Origin: Actinomycetota bacterium
GTDB lineage: Bacteria > Actinomycetota > Actinomycetes > Mycobacteriales > JACQDL01
Direction: 5' to 3'
Length of the DNA: 64,000 bases
Assembly (NCBI GenBank): GCA_016201065.1
Contig: JACQDL010000039.1
Location: forward strand, 1,870 to 65,869
Below, one piece after another: positions 1-15,917 of the stretch (positions within the stretch are counted from its first letter, which is position 1; every line of letters starts with the position of its first letter). The position numbers and the translations under genes were made by a program. Below the pieces are notes generated by a model, which was not told where the DNA came from, did no database searches, and saw only the letters and a program-made list of their open reading frames with translations.

Positions 1-5998
<5,998 letters not shown>

Positions 5999-6002
<4 letters not shown>

Positions 6003-6952
6003 GACGCACCCCCAGCGGCCGATCCACCGGCTGGCTCGTTGGGCACCACCATCGTCCCGATGCCCTCCGCGGTGAAGACCTCCAGCAGCAGGGCGTGCGG
6101 CAACCGGCCGTCCAGCACGTGCGCCTGCGGCACCCCGCCCCGGACCGCGCGCAGGCACGCCTCCATCTTCGGCGCCATCCCGGCCGCCAGCCCCGGCAGC
6201 ATCGCCGCGAGCTCGTCGGTGCCGATCTGGCTGATCACCTCGGCCGGGTCGGTCGGCTCGGGTCCGCCGTCGGCCGGCCAGCCCGAGTAGAGACCCTCGA
6301 CGTCGGTGAGCACGACCAGCTTGGCCGCGCCCAGCGCGACCGCCAGCGCCGCGGCGGCGGAGTCGGCGTTGACGTTGTAGCTCGCCCCGTCCTCACCGCG
6401 GGCCACGGTGGCGATGACCGGCACCCGGCCGTCGTCGAGCAGGCTGAGCACGGTGCTCGGGTCCACCGACACCACGTCCCCGACCAGGCCCAGGTCGACG
6501 TCCTCGCCGGCCACCGACACCGTCCGCCGCCGCGCCGTGAGCAGCCCGCCATCCTCGCCGGACAGCCCGACACCGAACGGCCCGTGGTCGTTGATCAGGC
6601 GGACGACGTCCTGGTTGACCTGGCCGACCAGCACCATCCGGACCACATCCATCACCTCGGGGGTGGTCACCCGCAGCCCACCGCGGAACTCGGTGACCAT
6701 CCCGAACCGGTCCAGGGTGTCGCTGATCTGCGGCCCGCCGCCATGCACGATGACGGGGCGCAGCCCGGCGTACCGGCAGAACACGATGTCCTGGGCGAAG
6801 GCCCGGCGCAGCTCCTCCTCGGCCATCGCGTTGCCGCCGTACTTCACCACGACGATCGCGCCGTGGAAGCGCTCCAGCCAGGGCAGCGCCCCCACCAGCG
6901 TCATCGCCTTGCCGAGCGCGATCGCCCGGTCCCGGGTCATCTCCGGGGTCAT
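5999..6952 (-). CDS. argB: acetylglutamate kinase
   Basis: ORF 5999..7225 trimmed to ATG 6952 ([43 protein letters not shown]). ATGA overlap with the argJ stop. Confidence 0.93.
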
Positions 6953-8097
6953 GAGGAGTACGCCGAGTTCTCGCGCACGTAGCCGACCGACAGGTCGTTG
7001 GTCCACACCGTTGCCGCCGCCGGGCCGGCGTGCAGGTCGATCCGGAGGTGCACGGCGCGGCCGGTGAGGTCGCACCCCTCGCGCGGCTCCCCGATCGCCC
7101 CGGCCCGGCACAGCCACACGCCGTTGAGCGCCAGATCGATCTGGTCGGGCTCGAAGACGGCCCGGGTGGTGCCGACCGCGGCCAGCGCGCGCCCCCAGTT
7201 CGGGTCGTTGCCGTAGAGCGCGCACTTGAGCAGGTTGCTGCCCGCGACCGCCCGACCGACCTCGACGGCGTCGTCCTCGCTCGCCGCTCCGATGACCTCG
7301 ATGGTGACCTCCTTGGTGGCGCCCTCGGCGTCGGCGAGCAGCTGCATCGCGAGATCATGGCAGAGGGCCGTCAGCCCATCCCGGAACCGTGGGTACGGCG
7401 GGGCCACCCCCGATGCGCCGGAGCTGAGCAGCAGGACGGTGTCGTTGGTCGACAGGCAGCCGTCGGAGTCGAGCCGGTCGAAGGTGACCCGGGTCGCCTC
7501 GCGCAGCGCGCGGTCGCAGGTCGCCGGATCGACCACCGCGTCGGTGGTGAGCACGGCGAGGAAGGTGGCCAGCCCCGGGGCGAGCATGCCCGCACCCTTG
7601 GCCATTCCGCCGACGGTCCAGCCGTCCCCGGGGTGGACGGCCTGCTTCGGCACGGTGTCCGTGGTCATGATCGCCCGGGCGGCAACGGAGCCGTCACCGG
7701 ACAGCGCGGCGACGGCCTCGTCGACCCCGGACAGCACCGCGGGCATCGGCAGCCGATGCCCGATCACGCCGGTGGAGCAGACCGCGACCTGCGCCGGGCC
7801 GAGCCCGAGCGCGCCGGCCACCCGCTCAGCGGTGTGGTGCGTGTCGCCGAACCCCGCCGGGCCGGTGCACGCGTTCGCGCCGCCGGAGTTGAGGACGACG
7901 GCACGCAGCCGGCCGGTGGACAGCACCTGCCGCGACCACAGCACCGGCGCGGCCTGCACCCGGTTGCGGGTGAAGACCCCGGCGGCCGCGTCGCCCGGGC
8001 CGTCGTTCACGACCAGGGCGAGGTCCGGCCCGCCGTCGGTCTTGATCCCGGAGGCGACGCCGGCCGCCCGGAACCCCCCGGCCGCCGTGACGCTCAC
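6949..8097 (-). CDS. argJ: bifunctional glutamate N-acetyltransferase / amino-acid acetyltransferase
   Basis: ORF 6949..8097 with GTG start ([19 protein letters not shown]). [21 protein letters not shown] matches the ArgJ self-cleavage region. Confidence 0.95.
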   Translation of the reverse strand: MSVTAAGGFRAAGVASGIKTDGGPDLALVVNDGPGDAAAGVFTRNRVQAAPVLWSRQVLSTGRLRAVVLNSGGANACTGPAGFGDTHHTAERVAGALGLGPAQVAVCSTGVIGHRLPMPAVLSGVDEAVAALSGDGSVAARAIMTTDTVPKQAVHPGDGWTVGGMAKGAGMLAPGLATFLAVLTTDAVVDPATCDRALREATRVTFDRLDSDGCLSTNDTVLLLSSGASGVAPPYPRFRDGLTALCHDLAMQLLADAEGATKEVTIEVIGAASEDDAVEVGRAVAGSNLLKCALYGNDPNWGRALAAVGTTRAVFEPDQIDLALNGVWLCRAGAIGEPREGCDLTGRAVHLRIDLHAGPAAATVWTNDLSVGYVRENSAYSS

Positions 8098-8153
8098 GGT
8101 GTTCCTCGGTTCGCTGCGCTCACGGTGTTCCTCGGTTCGCTGCGCTCACGGTG
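8091..8153 (-). repeat. 26-bp tandem repeat (2 full units plus an 11-nt partial) at the argC-argJ junction
   Basis: Plus-strand unit cgctcacggtgttcctcggttcgctg at 8091-8116 and 8117-8142, with partial cgctcacggtg at 8143-8153. Each unit carries a GTGA (start/stop overlap) and a GAGGAA Shine-Dalgarno-like motif on the minus strand. Confidence 0.9.
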
Positions 8154-9159
8154 CCACTCCGTTCGCCGTCAGGCCGGCCGTCTCGGCCAGCCCCAGCATG
8201 AGGTTGGCGTTCTGGACGGCCTGGCCGGCGGCGCCCTTGCCGAGGTTGTCGATCGCGCAGACCACGATGAGGCGGTCAGCGTCGATGTCGGCAAAGACCT
8301 GTAGGTGTGCCGCGTTGGAGCCGATGGTGGACGCGGTGTGCGGCACCCGCCCCTCCGGCAGCAGCCGGACGAACGGCTCGTCGGCGTACGCCGCGGCCAG
8401 CGCCGCCCGAGCCGCCGCGAGTCCCGCGCCACGCACCGGGCGGACCGCGACGGTGGCCAGGATGCCGCGCGGCATCGGCGCGAGAACCGGGGTGAGGGAC
8501 AGCGTCGACGCGCCGGTCGCCTGCTTGATCTCGGGCACGTGCCGGTGGCTGCCCACCTGGTACGGCGAGAGGTCGGCCATCACCTCCGAGCCGAGCAGGT
8601 GCGGCGCGGCGGAGCGGCCGGCGCCGCTGGTGCCGGAGGCGGACACCACGACCACGTCGGCGGGGTCGGCGACGCCCGCCGCCAGCAGCGGGGCCAGCGC
8701 GAGGATCGCCGCCACCGCGTGGCAGCCGGTGTTCGCCACCCGGCTGGCGGCACCGATCATCGGCCGCTGGCCAGCCAGCTCCGGCAGCCCGTAGGTCCAG
8801 GTGCCCGCGTGGGAGGTCTTGTAGTAGTGCTGGAACACCGCGCCGTCGGCGAGGCGGAAGTCGGCGCCGAGGTCCACCAGCCGGACCCGTTCCGGCAGCG
8901 CCCGGGCGATCGCGGCGGACGCGCCGTGTGGCAGGGCGAGGAACACCAGGTCGGCCTCGGCGAGCAGCTCCGGATCGGTCGGCGCGAGCACCCGGTCGGC
9001 GAGACCGGACAGCTGCGGGTGGACCTCCCCCAGCGGCTGGCCCGCCGCACCATGCCCGGCGGCCACCACCAGCTCGAGCTCCGGGTGGCCATCGACGAGC
9101 CGCAGGAGCTCACCGCCGGCGTACCCGCTGGCTCCCGCGATGGCCACCGCAACACTCAT
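8146..9159 (-). CDS. argC: N-acetyl-gamma-glutamyl-phosphate reductase
   Basis: ORF 8146..9180. The likely start is ATG 9159 (MSVAVAIAGASGYAGGELLRL). GTG 9180 is the longest alternative. Confidence 0.93.
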   Translation of the reverse strand: MSVAVAIAGASGYAGGELLRLVDGHPELELVVAAGHGAAGQPLGEVHPQLSGLADRVLAPTDPELLAEADLVFLALPHGASAAIARALPERVRLVDLGADFRLADGAVFQHYYKTSHAGTWTYGLPELAGQRPMIGAASRVANTGCHAVAAILALAPLLAAGVADPADVVVVSASGTSGAGRSAAPHLLGSEVMADLSPYQVGSHRHVPEIKQATGASTLSLTPVLAPMPRGILATVAVRPVRGAGLAAARAALAAAYADEPFVRLLPEGRVPHTASTIGSNAAHLQVFADIDADRLIVVCAIDNLGKGAAGQAVQNANLMLGLAETAGLTANGVAP

Positions 9160-9176
9160 GTGCATTAGTATGCCGA
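9159..9176 (-). promoter_or_regulatory. putative ARG box (ArgR operator) overlapping the argC start codon
   Basis: Plus strand TGTGCATTAGTATGCCGA versus the actinobacterial version of the ARG box, TNTGCAT-WWWW-ATGCANW, with one mismatch. A half-site TGCAT follows at 9181-9185. Confidence 0.5.
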
Positions 9177-9252
9177 CCACTGCATGAACCTACAAGCGAT
9201 CCCGGGGTACCGGGCCGTAAACCATCCATCCGGTTGACGTCGCGCGCACGGG

Positions 9253-11784
9253 TCAGGCGCGCTGCACCGCGCCCGTGCGCCGGGCCGCCTCGGCCACCGC
9301 CGACTGCGCGGCCTGGCTGGCCTCCTGCACCGTCAGCGTGCGGTCCACGGCCCGGAACCGCAGCGCGTATGCCAGCGACATGCGCCCCGGTCCGAGCCGG
9401 TCGGGGTCGGCGTACCGGTCGAAGAGCCGGACCGACTCCAGCAGCTCGCCGGCGCCCGCGCGCAGCGCGGCCTCGACCTCACCGGCGGGCACCGCGTCGT
9501 CCACGACGACCGCGACGTCGAGGAGGGCGGGCGGGAACGCCGACACCGTCGGGGCGACCGGGACATCCCCGACACCGAGGAGCTCCAGGTCCAGCTCCAT
9601 CGCGCAGGTCCGGGGCGGCAGGTCGAACGCGGCGATCACGCCGGGATGCAGCTCGCCGGCGTGCCCGACGAGGCGTTCGGCGTCCGTACCGGCCGCGACG
9701 AAGATCGCGGCGGACCGCCCGGGGTGCCAGGGCGCGTGCGGATCGGCCCGCACCGACACCGGCACCCGGCTGGCCCCGGCCACGGTCCGGGCCGCCTGCA
9801 CCGCGTCCGCCCACCCCGCCGGCCGGCCCGGCCCCCACCAGCCGGTGGGTTCCCGCTGCCCGCACAGCACGACGGCGACCCGACGCGGCTGGGCGGGCAG
9901 CGCCCGGTCCAGCGCGGCGAGCTCGGCCGGGTCGGGACGGCCGCCGACCCCCACCCGGGGCGCCGGCACGAACTCCGGTCCGGGCCGGAAGACCAGCCCG
10001 GTCTCGAACAGCGCGAGGTCCCGGTTGCCCCGACCGACGTTGCGGGCCAGGGCCTCCAGCAGCCCGGGCAGCAGCGTGGTACGCAGCAGCGGCTGCTGGT
10101 CCGACAACGGGTTGGCCAACCGCATCGCGGTACGGCGTGGGTCGTCGGCGGGCAACCCCAGGTCGTCGTAGCGCTGCTCCGCGACGAACGGGTAGTTGAT
10201 CACCTCGACGTACCCGGCGGCGGCGAGCGCACGCCCCACCGCCCGCCCGGCGCGCTGCCGGGCGGTGAGCCCACGCCCGGCCGGCGCCGCCGGCAGCGCG
10301 GCCTCGATCGCGTCGTACCCCTCCAGCCGGAGGACCTCCTCGACCAGATCCGCCGGGTCGGCCAGGTCTGGGCGCCACGACGGCGGCACCACCGTGAAGA
10401 TGTACTCCCCCTCCACCTGACACCCGACCTCGGTGAGCCGGCGCATGACGGCGGCCGGTGGGATCACCCGGCCGGCCAGCCGCCCGGGCTGCCCCGCGGC
10501 CAGCGCGATATGCGGCCGCGGGTATGGGCTGCCGACCACCGTGAGCCCGGCATCGGTCGCCCCGCCAAGCTCGGCGAGCAGCGCCGCGGCCCGGCGCAAC
10601 GCCGGCAGCGCGACCTCCGAGTCCACGTCGCGCTCGAACCGGCGGGCCGCCTCGCTGGGCAGCTTGTGCCGACGCACCATCCGCATCACGGTCGGTGGGC
10701 TCCAGTGCGCGGCCTCCAGCACGATGTCGGTGGTGAACGGTCCGATCTCGGTGCTCGCCCCGCCCATCGTGCCGGCCAGCGCGATCGGCCCGGCCACATC
10801 GCTGACCAGCAGGTCGTCGCCGTCCAGCGCCCGGGTGACCCCGTCCAGAGTCTTGATCATCTCCCCGGAGACGGCGCGCCGGACGACGATCTCGCCGGTC
10901 AGGCTGGCCCGGTCGAAGGCGTGCATGGGCTGTCCGAGCTCGAGCATCACGTAGTTGGTGACGTCGACGGTCAGCGAGATCGGCCGCATCCCGGACAGCA
11001 GCAGGCGGCGCCGCATCCACACCGGCGTGGTGGCCGAGGGGTCCAGGCCGGCCAGGGTCCACGCGGTGAAGCGGTCGCACCCGATCGGGTCGTCGATCCG
11101 CACCGGCCAGCCGGGCGGCAGCACCGGGTCCGCCCCGGCGGCGGCGGTGCGTTCGACCGCCAGCCGTTCGACCGCCAGCCGCTCGACCGCCAGCCGCTCG
11201 ACCGGGTCGGCGAACGGCAGGTCCAGGCTGTGCGCGACCTCCCGGGCAATGCCCCGCATGGACAGGCAGTAGCCACGGTCCGGCGTGACGGCGATGTCCA
11301 GCACCGCGTCCGGCAGCTCGAGCTCCGCCAGCGCGTCCGCACCCGGATCCGCGCACTCGCCCAGGACGAGGATGCCGGTGTGGTCGTCACCCAGGCCGAG
11401 CTCGCGCGCCGAGCAGATCATCCCGTCGCTGACGTACCCGTAGGTCCTCCGCGCGGTGATCGCGAACCCACCCGGCAGCACCGCACCCGGCAGCGCCACG
11501 ACCACGCGGTCACCGGTGGCGAAGTTGGTCGCGCCGCAGATGATGCCGCGCGGCCGCTCCTCGCCGACGTCGACCTGGCACCACCGGATCGGCTTCTTCT
11601 GGCCGGCCAGCTCCTCGAACCCCGCCACCTGCCCGACCACCAGCGGCCCGGTGAGGCCGGCACCGATCTCCTCGACCCGCTCCACCTCGAGCCCGAGCCG
11701 CACCAGCCCGGCGGCCACCTCCCGGGCGGTCAGCGACGCCGGCAGCGCGACGAGCTCGCGCAGCCAGGACATCGGGACCCGCAT
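9253..11784 (-). CDS. pheT: phenylalanine--tRNA ligase beta subunit
   Basis: ORF 9253..11784, 843 aa. [35 protein letters not shown] is a typical PheT N-terminus. Contains an in-frame (VERLA)n repeat. Confidence 0.96.
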   Translation of the reverse strand: MRVPMSWLRELVALPASLTAREVAAGLVRLGLEVERVEEIGAGLTGPLVVGQVAGFEELAGQKKPIRWCQVDVGEERPRGIICGATNFATGDRVVVALPGAVLPGGFAITARRTYGYVSDGMICSARELGLGDDHTGILVLGECADPGADALAELELPDAVLDIAVTPDRGYCLSMRGIAREVAHSLDLPFADPVERLAVERLAVERLAVERTAAAGADPVLPPGWPVRIDDPIGCDRFTAWTLAGLDPSATTPVWMRRRLLLSGMRPISLTVDVTNYVMLELGQPMHAFDRASLTGEIVVRRAVSGEMIKTLDGVTRALDGDDLLVSDVAGPIALAGTMGGASTEIGPFTTDIVLEAAHWSPPTVMRMVRRHKLPSEAARRFERDVDSEVALPALRRAAALLAELGGATDAGLTVVGSPYPRPHIALAAGQPGRLAGRVIPPAAVMRRLTEVGCQVEGEYIFTVVPPSWRPDLADPADLVEEVLRLEGYDAIEAALPAAPAGRGLTARQRAGRAVGRALAAAGYVEVINYPFVAEQRYDDLGLPADDPRRTAMRLANPLSDQQPLLRTTLLPGLLEALARNVGRGNRDLALFETGLVFRPGPEFVPAPRVGVGGRPDPAELAALDRALPAQPRRVAVVLCGQREPTGWWGPGRPAGWADAVQAARTVAGASRVPVSVRADPHAPWHPGRSAAIFVAAGTDAERLVGHAGELHPGVIAAFDLPPRTCAMELDLELLGVGDVPVAPTVSAFPPALLDVAVVVDDAVPAGEVEAALRAGAGELLESVRLFDRYADPDRLGPGRMSLAYALRFRAVDRTLTVQEASQAAQSAVAEAARRTGAVQRA

Positions 11785-11865
11785 GAGACCTCCTGTTGTT
11801 GCCGCGGCCCAGCAACCTACCGGCCGCCTGCTTGACGAAACGCCTGCTCAACGACGCGCTGCCGG

Positions 11866-12963
11866 TCAGACCTCGCTGCCGAAGGGCAGGGTGAAGCGCA
11901 CGTCACCCTCGACGAGATCGCGCATGTCGTCCACCCCGTGCCGGAACTGCACCGCCCGCTCGACACCCATCCCGAACGCGAACCCGGAGTACCGCTCCGC
12001 GTCGATGCCGCACGCCGTGAGCACCCGAGGGTTGACCATCCCGCATCCCCCCCACTCGATCCACCCCTCGGACCGGCAGGTCCGGCAGGGTCGGTCCGGG
12101 TTGCCGACCGAGCCGCCCCGGCAGGCGAAACACTCCACGTCGAACTCGGCGGACGGCTCGGTGAAGGGGAAGTACGACGGCCGCCACCGGGCCCGCAGAC
12201 CGGCACCGAACATCACCTCGGCGAGGTGGTCCAGCGTCCCCTTCAGGTGCGCCATCGTGATGCCCTCGTCGACCACCAGCCCTTCGATCTGGTGGAAGAC
12301 GGGGGTGTGGGTGGCGTCGAGCTCATCGGTGCGGAAGACCTTGCCGGGGCACACCACGTAGATCGGTGGCGCGCCGCGCTCCAGCATGGCCCGGACCTGC
12401 ACCGGCGAGGTGTGCGTGCGCAGCACCAGGCCGGCGCTCTCCGGCTCCAGGAAGAAGGTGTCCATCATCGACCGCGCCGGGTGGTCCCGCTTGAAGTTCA
12501 GGGCGTCGAAGTTGTGCCACTCGGTCTCCACCTCGGGGCCCTCGGCAACGTCGTACCCCATCGCCACGAAGACGTCGGTCATCCGCTCCATCACCGTGGT
12601 CAGGGGGTGCCGGGCACCGACCGGCCGGCGGTCCCACGGCAACGTGACGTCGACGGCCTCCGCCCGCAACGCCACGCTGTCGCGCAGCCGGGTCAGCTCG
12701 GCATGCCGTGCCTCGTACCAGGCCTGGATCGTGGCCAGCGCCTCGTTGACCCGCCGGCCGGCCGCCGACCTGACCTCGGCCGGCAGGCCGCCGATCGCCC
12801 GTCTGGCAAGCAACACCGGAGACCGGTCGCCCAGGTGGGCCGCGCGGACCGCGGCCAGCTCCGCAAGGTCGGCCGCCTCGGCGAAGGCCTTCTCCGCCTC
12901 GCGCCCGGCGGCGTCGAGCAGCTCGGGTGCGGCGACCTCGGCTGGGTCGTTGGGACCGGACAT
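11866..12963 (-). CDS. pheS: phenylalanine--tRNA ligase alpha subunit
   Basis: ORF 11866..13239 trimmed to ATG 12963 ([27 protein letters not shown]...). Class-II aaRS motifs [19 protein letters not shown] and [10 protein letters not shown] are present. Confidence 0.95.
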   Translation of the reverse strand: MSGPNDPAEVAAPELLDAAGREAEKAFAEAADLAELAAVRAAHLGDRSPVLLARRAIGGLPAEVRSAAGRRVNEALATIQAWYEARHAELTRLRDSVALRAEAVDVTLPWDRRPVGARHPLTTVMERMTDVFVAMGYDVAEGPEVETEWHNFDALNFKRDHPARSMMDTFFLEPESAGLVLRTHTSPVQVRAMLERGAPPIYVVCPGKVFRTDELDATHTPVFHQIEGLVVDEGITMAHLKGTLDHLAEVMFGAGLRARWRPSYFPFTEPSAEFDVECFACRGGSVGNPDRPCRTCRSEGWIEWGGCGMVNPRVLTACGIDAERYSGFAFGMGVERAVQFRHGVDDMRDLVEGDVRFTLPFGSEV

Positions 12964-13045
12964 GGGTACCGCGGCTCCTGTCGACTCTGCGGGCGGACGG
13001 CTCAGTCTAGAAGCGTCCGGTCGCCCGGCCGCACCAGGCTCCGCC

Positions 13046-14101
13046 TCACACCTCGTACGGCGGCCGGCCGGCCGGCAGGAACACGGTAAACCGGGCCCCT
13101 CCGGCCGGCGGGTCGTCCACCTCGATGGTGCCGCCGTGCGCCTCGACCAGCCCGCGCACGATGTACAGCCCCAGCCCGGTCCCGTTGCCGGCCCCGCCGG
13201 CCCGCCAGAACCTGGTGAAGATCCTGGCCCTCGCCTCAAGGCCGATGCCGGGTCCCTCGTCGCAGACGGTCAGCCGGGCGCCCCGACCGGCCTCCGGGAC
13301 GGTGACCGGTGCGACGTCGACGCAGATCCTGCCCGCGCCATGCCGCAGTGCGTTGTCGACGAGGTTGCCGACCATCTGCGCGACCTTGTCCTGGTCCAGC
13401 CACATCTCCGGCAGCGGGGCCGTGCTGCTGAGCACGAACCGCTCCTCGGTCTCGCCCGCCGCGACCAGCCCGGCGATCACCCGGGCCACCACCTCTGGAA
13501 GGTTCACCACCTGGCGGCGCAGGACGAGCCGGCGGGCATCGATCCGGGAGACGTCGAGCAGGTCGGACAGCAACCGGGTGACCCGGTCGGCGTCGGAGTT
13601 GATCGCGGTGAGCATGATCCGCTTCTGCTCGTCGGAAACCTGGTCCCAGCGGGCCAGCAAGGTGGCGGTGAACCCCTTCACCCCGGTCAGCGGCGACCGG
13701 ATCTCGTGCGCGACGGTGGAGATCAGCTCGGCCTGCTCGCGGGCGGCCCGCTCCCGCGAGGCCGCGCCCCGGAAGGACACCACCAGCCGGACCACGCGGC
13801 CGCCCGCCCGCCGGAACCGGGACGCGACCAGCAGCTGGCACCCCTCGGCCGGGCCCTTCCCCACCTCCAGCAACCGCTCCGGCTGCCCGGTCCGGATCGC
13901 CAGCCCGGCGTAGGGGTCGGTGCATGCCCACCAGTCCCGGCCGGCGGAGTCCACCAACGGCAGCACGTCGCCGAAGCTGCGGCCGATCGCCTCCGCCGCT
14001 CCGATCCCCAGCAGCCGCGCGCCAGCCGTGTTGAGGCGCAGGACCAACCCTCCTGGCCCGGCGACGAGCACTCCGTCGGGCAGGTCGTCGTAGAGCTCCA
14101 T
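13046..14101 (-). CDS. cytoplasmic PAS-domain sensor histidine kinase (orphan: no adjacent response regulator)
   Basis: ORF 13046..14167 trimmed to ATG 14101 ([35 protein letters not shown]). H-box [15 protein letters not shown] boxes [18 protein letters not shown] and GTGLGLYIV. No TM segments seen. Confidence 0.85.
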   Translation of the reverse strand: MELYDDLPDGVLVAGPGGLVLRLNTAGARLLGIGAAEAIGRSFGDVLPLVDSAGRDWWACTDPYAGLAIRTGQPERLLEVGKGPAEGCQLLVASRFRRAGGRVVRLVVSFRGAASRERAAREQAELISTVAHEIRSPLTGVKGFTATLLARWDQVSDEQKRIMLTAINSDADRVTRLLSDLLDVSRIDARRLVLRRQVVNLPEVVARVIAGLVAAGETEERFVLSSTAPLPEMWLDQDKVAQMVGNLVDNALRHGAGRICVDVAPVTVPEAGRGARLTVCDEGPGIGLEARARIFTRFWRAGGAGNGTGLGLYIVRGLVEAHGGTIEVDDPPAGGARFTVFLPAGRPPYEV

Positions 14102-14134
14102 GGTGTCGTTCAGCGGGGCCCCCAGTCTCCGAGA

Positions 14135-14208
14135 CCAACAGTGCATGCACCAACGGTGCATGCCCACCGACGGTGCATGCCTACCGACGGGTGCCGGCCC
14201 ACCAGTCT
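14135..14208. repeat. approximately 15-18 bp direct repeats containing GTGCATGC, upstream of the PAS kinase
   Basis: GTGCATGC occurs at 14141-14148 (inside the 10-bp palindrome GTGCATGCAC), 14156-14163 and 14173-14180. A degenerate fourth copy lies at about 14189-14198. The block is flanked by CCAGTCT at 14122 and 14202. Confidence 0.6.
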
Positions 14209-14326
14209 GCGCCCGACCGGCGCCAGCTCCATCCCACCAAGACTGCCTGATGGGGCAGCGTTACTCCACTATCCGGAACGATTTGGGTCCATCGGGACAT
14301 TCTGAACGGCGGCCGCGACGGTCCGG

Positions 14327-15016
14327 TCACCCGCCGTGCCGCGCCTGCGCGGTCTCGTAGAGGCAGATCGCCGCGGCGGCGGCGAGGTTCAGGCTCTCCG
14401 CCCGACCGACGATGGGGATGCGGACCCGGGCGTCGGCGGCCGCGGCCAGCTCATCGGGCAGGCCACCGGCCTCGTTGCCGAACATCCAGGCCACCGGCCG
14501 ACCAGGGGTCACCGACCGACCGATGTCGGCCAGCCTGACCTCGCCGGTCGCGGTGGCCGCGAGTACGGCGAACCCGGCAGCGGCCAGAGCCGCAACCGCC
14601 TCGGCCGGGTCGACCGACCGCGCCACCGGCAGGTGGAACAGGCTGCCCGCGGAGGCCCGCACGCACTTGCCGTTGTAGGGGTCGACCGACGCGGTGGAGA
14701 ACACCACCGCGCCCGCTCCCACCGCCTCCGCCGTGCGCAGCACGGTCCCCGCGTTGCCCGGATCCCGGATCGCGGCCAGCAGCACCACCAGCCGCGGTCC
14801 GCCAGCAACCAGCTCGGCGAGACCGATGTCCAGGAACCGGCACACCGCGACGAGGCCCTGTGGGCTGGCCGTCTCCGAGAGACCTGCCATCCCCCGCTCG
14901 GTGACCGTCGAGACGGGCACCGAGCGCCGGCCAGCCAGCCGGACCAGCTCCGGGTTGCGGGCAAGCGCGCGCTCCGTGCCGAGGAGCTCGACCACCGCGG
15001 TCTCCGCCTGCGCCAA
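14327..15016 (-). CDS. TrmH/SpoU-family RNA 2'-O-methyltransferase; the true start is probably upstream of the TTG at 15016
   Basis: ORF 14327..15016. C-terminal SpoU motifs MFGNEAGGLP and SLNLAAAAAICLYE are present. In-frame upstream sequence encodes FTERTPRVTAARRLTRRSERNATRRFLAEGAPAV, the conserved N-terminus of this family, without any ATG/GTG/TTG. Confidence 0.8.
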   Translation of the reverse strand: MAQAETAVVELLGTERALARNPELVRLAGRRSVPVSTVTERGMAGLSETASPQGLVAVCRFLDIGLAELVAGGPRLVVLLAAIRDPGNAGTVLRTAEAVGAGAVVFSTASVDPYNGKCVRASAGSLFHLPVARSVDPAEAVAALAAAGFAVLAATATGEVRLADIGRSVTPGRPVAWMFGNEAGGLPDELAAAADARVRIPIVGRAESLNLAAAAAICLYETAQARHGG

Positions 15017-15164
15017 GGCGGCCGAGACCGCCGGTGCCCCCTCGGCGAGGAACCGGCGCGTGGCGTTCCGCTCGGACCGCCTGGTCAGGCGCCGAGCAGC
15101 GGTGACCCGGGGAGTGCGTTCGGTGAACGCCGGCTCCCCGGGTCGCGTGCCGCCTGGTCCCGGC

Positions 15165-15572
15165 TCAGGCAGCGGAGCCGTCAGCCGTCGCGCCCTTCAC
15201 GCCGGTGACGGCGGCGTCGGCGAGCGCCGCCTGGGCGGTCTTGACGAGCGCGGCGAACGCCGCGGCGTCGTTGACCGCGAGGTCCGCCAGGATCTTGCGG
15301 TCAACCGCCACCTCGGCAATCCTCAGCCCCTGGATGAACCTGTTGTAGGTCATGCCGTTGGCGCGGGCGGCCGCGTTGATCCGGGTGATCCAGAGCTGCC
15401 GGAAGTCGCCCTTCCTCGCCCGCCGGTCCCGGTAGGAGTACTGGAAGGAGTGCAGGAGCTGTTCTTTGGCCTTGCGATACAGCCGCGACCGCTGGCCTCG
15501 ATAGCCGCTTGCGGCCTCCAGCGTGGTTCGGCGCTTCTTCTGGGCGTTGACCGCCCGCTTGACGCGTGCCAC
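15165..15572 (-). CDS. rplT: 50S ribosomal protein L20
   Basis: ORF 15165..15572. Sequence [42 protein letters not shown]. Confidence 0.97.
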   Translation of the reverse strand: MARVKRAVNAQKKRRTTLEAASGYRGQRSRLYRKAKEQLLHSFQYSYRDRRARKGDFRQLWITRINAAARANGMTYNRFIQGLRIAEVAVDRKILADLAVNDAAAFAALVKTAQAALADAAVTGVKGATADGSAA

Positions 15573-15648
15573 GGATCTCGATCCTCAAATCTCGGCACCG
15601 CCGGCTAGCCGGCCGGTGGCGCGGTCTACGGGGAATTTCGGGTGCTGC

Positions 15649-15843
15649 TTACAGACCCAGCAGCTTCTTGACCCGCCGGGTGTCGGTGGCGGCGACCTCG
15701 GTGACGCCAGCCAAGCGTCGGGTCAGCGTGGTCCGCTTCCGCTCAAGCAGGTGCCGGCGGCCGGCCCGCTCGTGCACCAGCTTGCCGCTGCCGGTCACCT
15801 TGATGCGCTTCTTGGTGCCGCTGTGGGTCTTGTTCTTCGGCAT
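15649..15843 (-). CDS. rpmI: 50S ribosomal protein L35
   Basis: ORF 15649..15843. Sequence [34 protein letters not shown]. Confidence 0.97.
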   Translation of the reverse strand: MPKNKTHSGTKKRIKVTGSGKLVHERAGRRHLLERKRTTLTRRLAGVTEVAATDTRRVKKLLGL

Positions 15844-15917
15844 GACAAAACTCTCTGCTCGGTCGGTGGTGCCTGGCGACAGGCGGCCCAGCGTGGTGCG
15901 GGACCGCCCCCGCGATG

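Noticed and set aside
8091-8153. Tandem repeat arrays (8091-8153, 14135-14208, 33088-33158, 35404-35458, 39506-39539) considered as CRISPR arrays
   Set aside because: They have only 2-4 contiguous or near-contiguous units, with no unique spacers of CRISPR length and no cas genes in the window.
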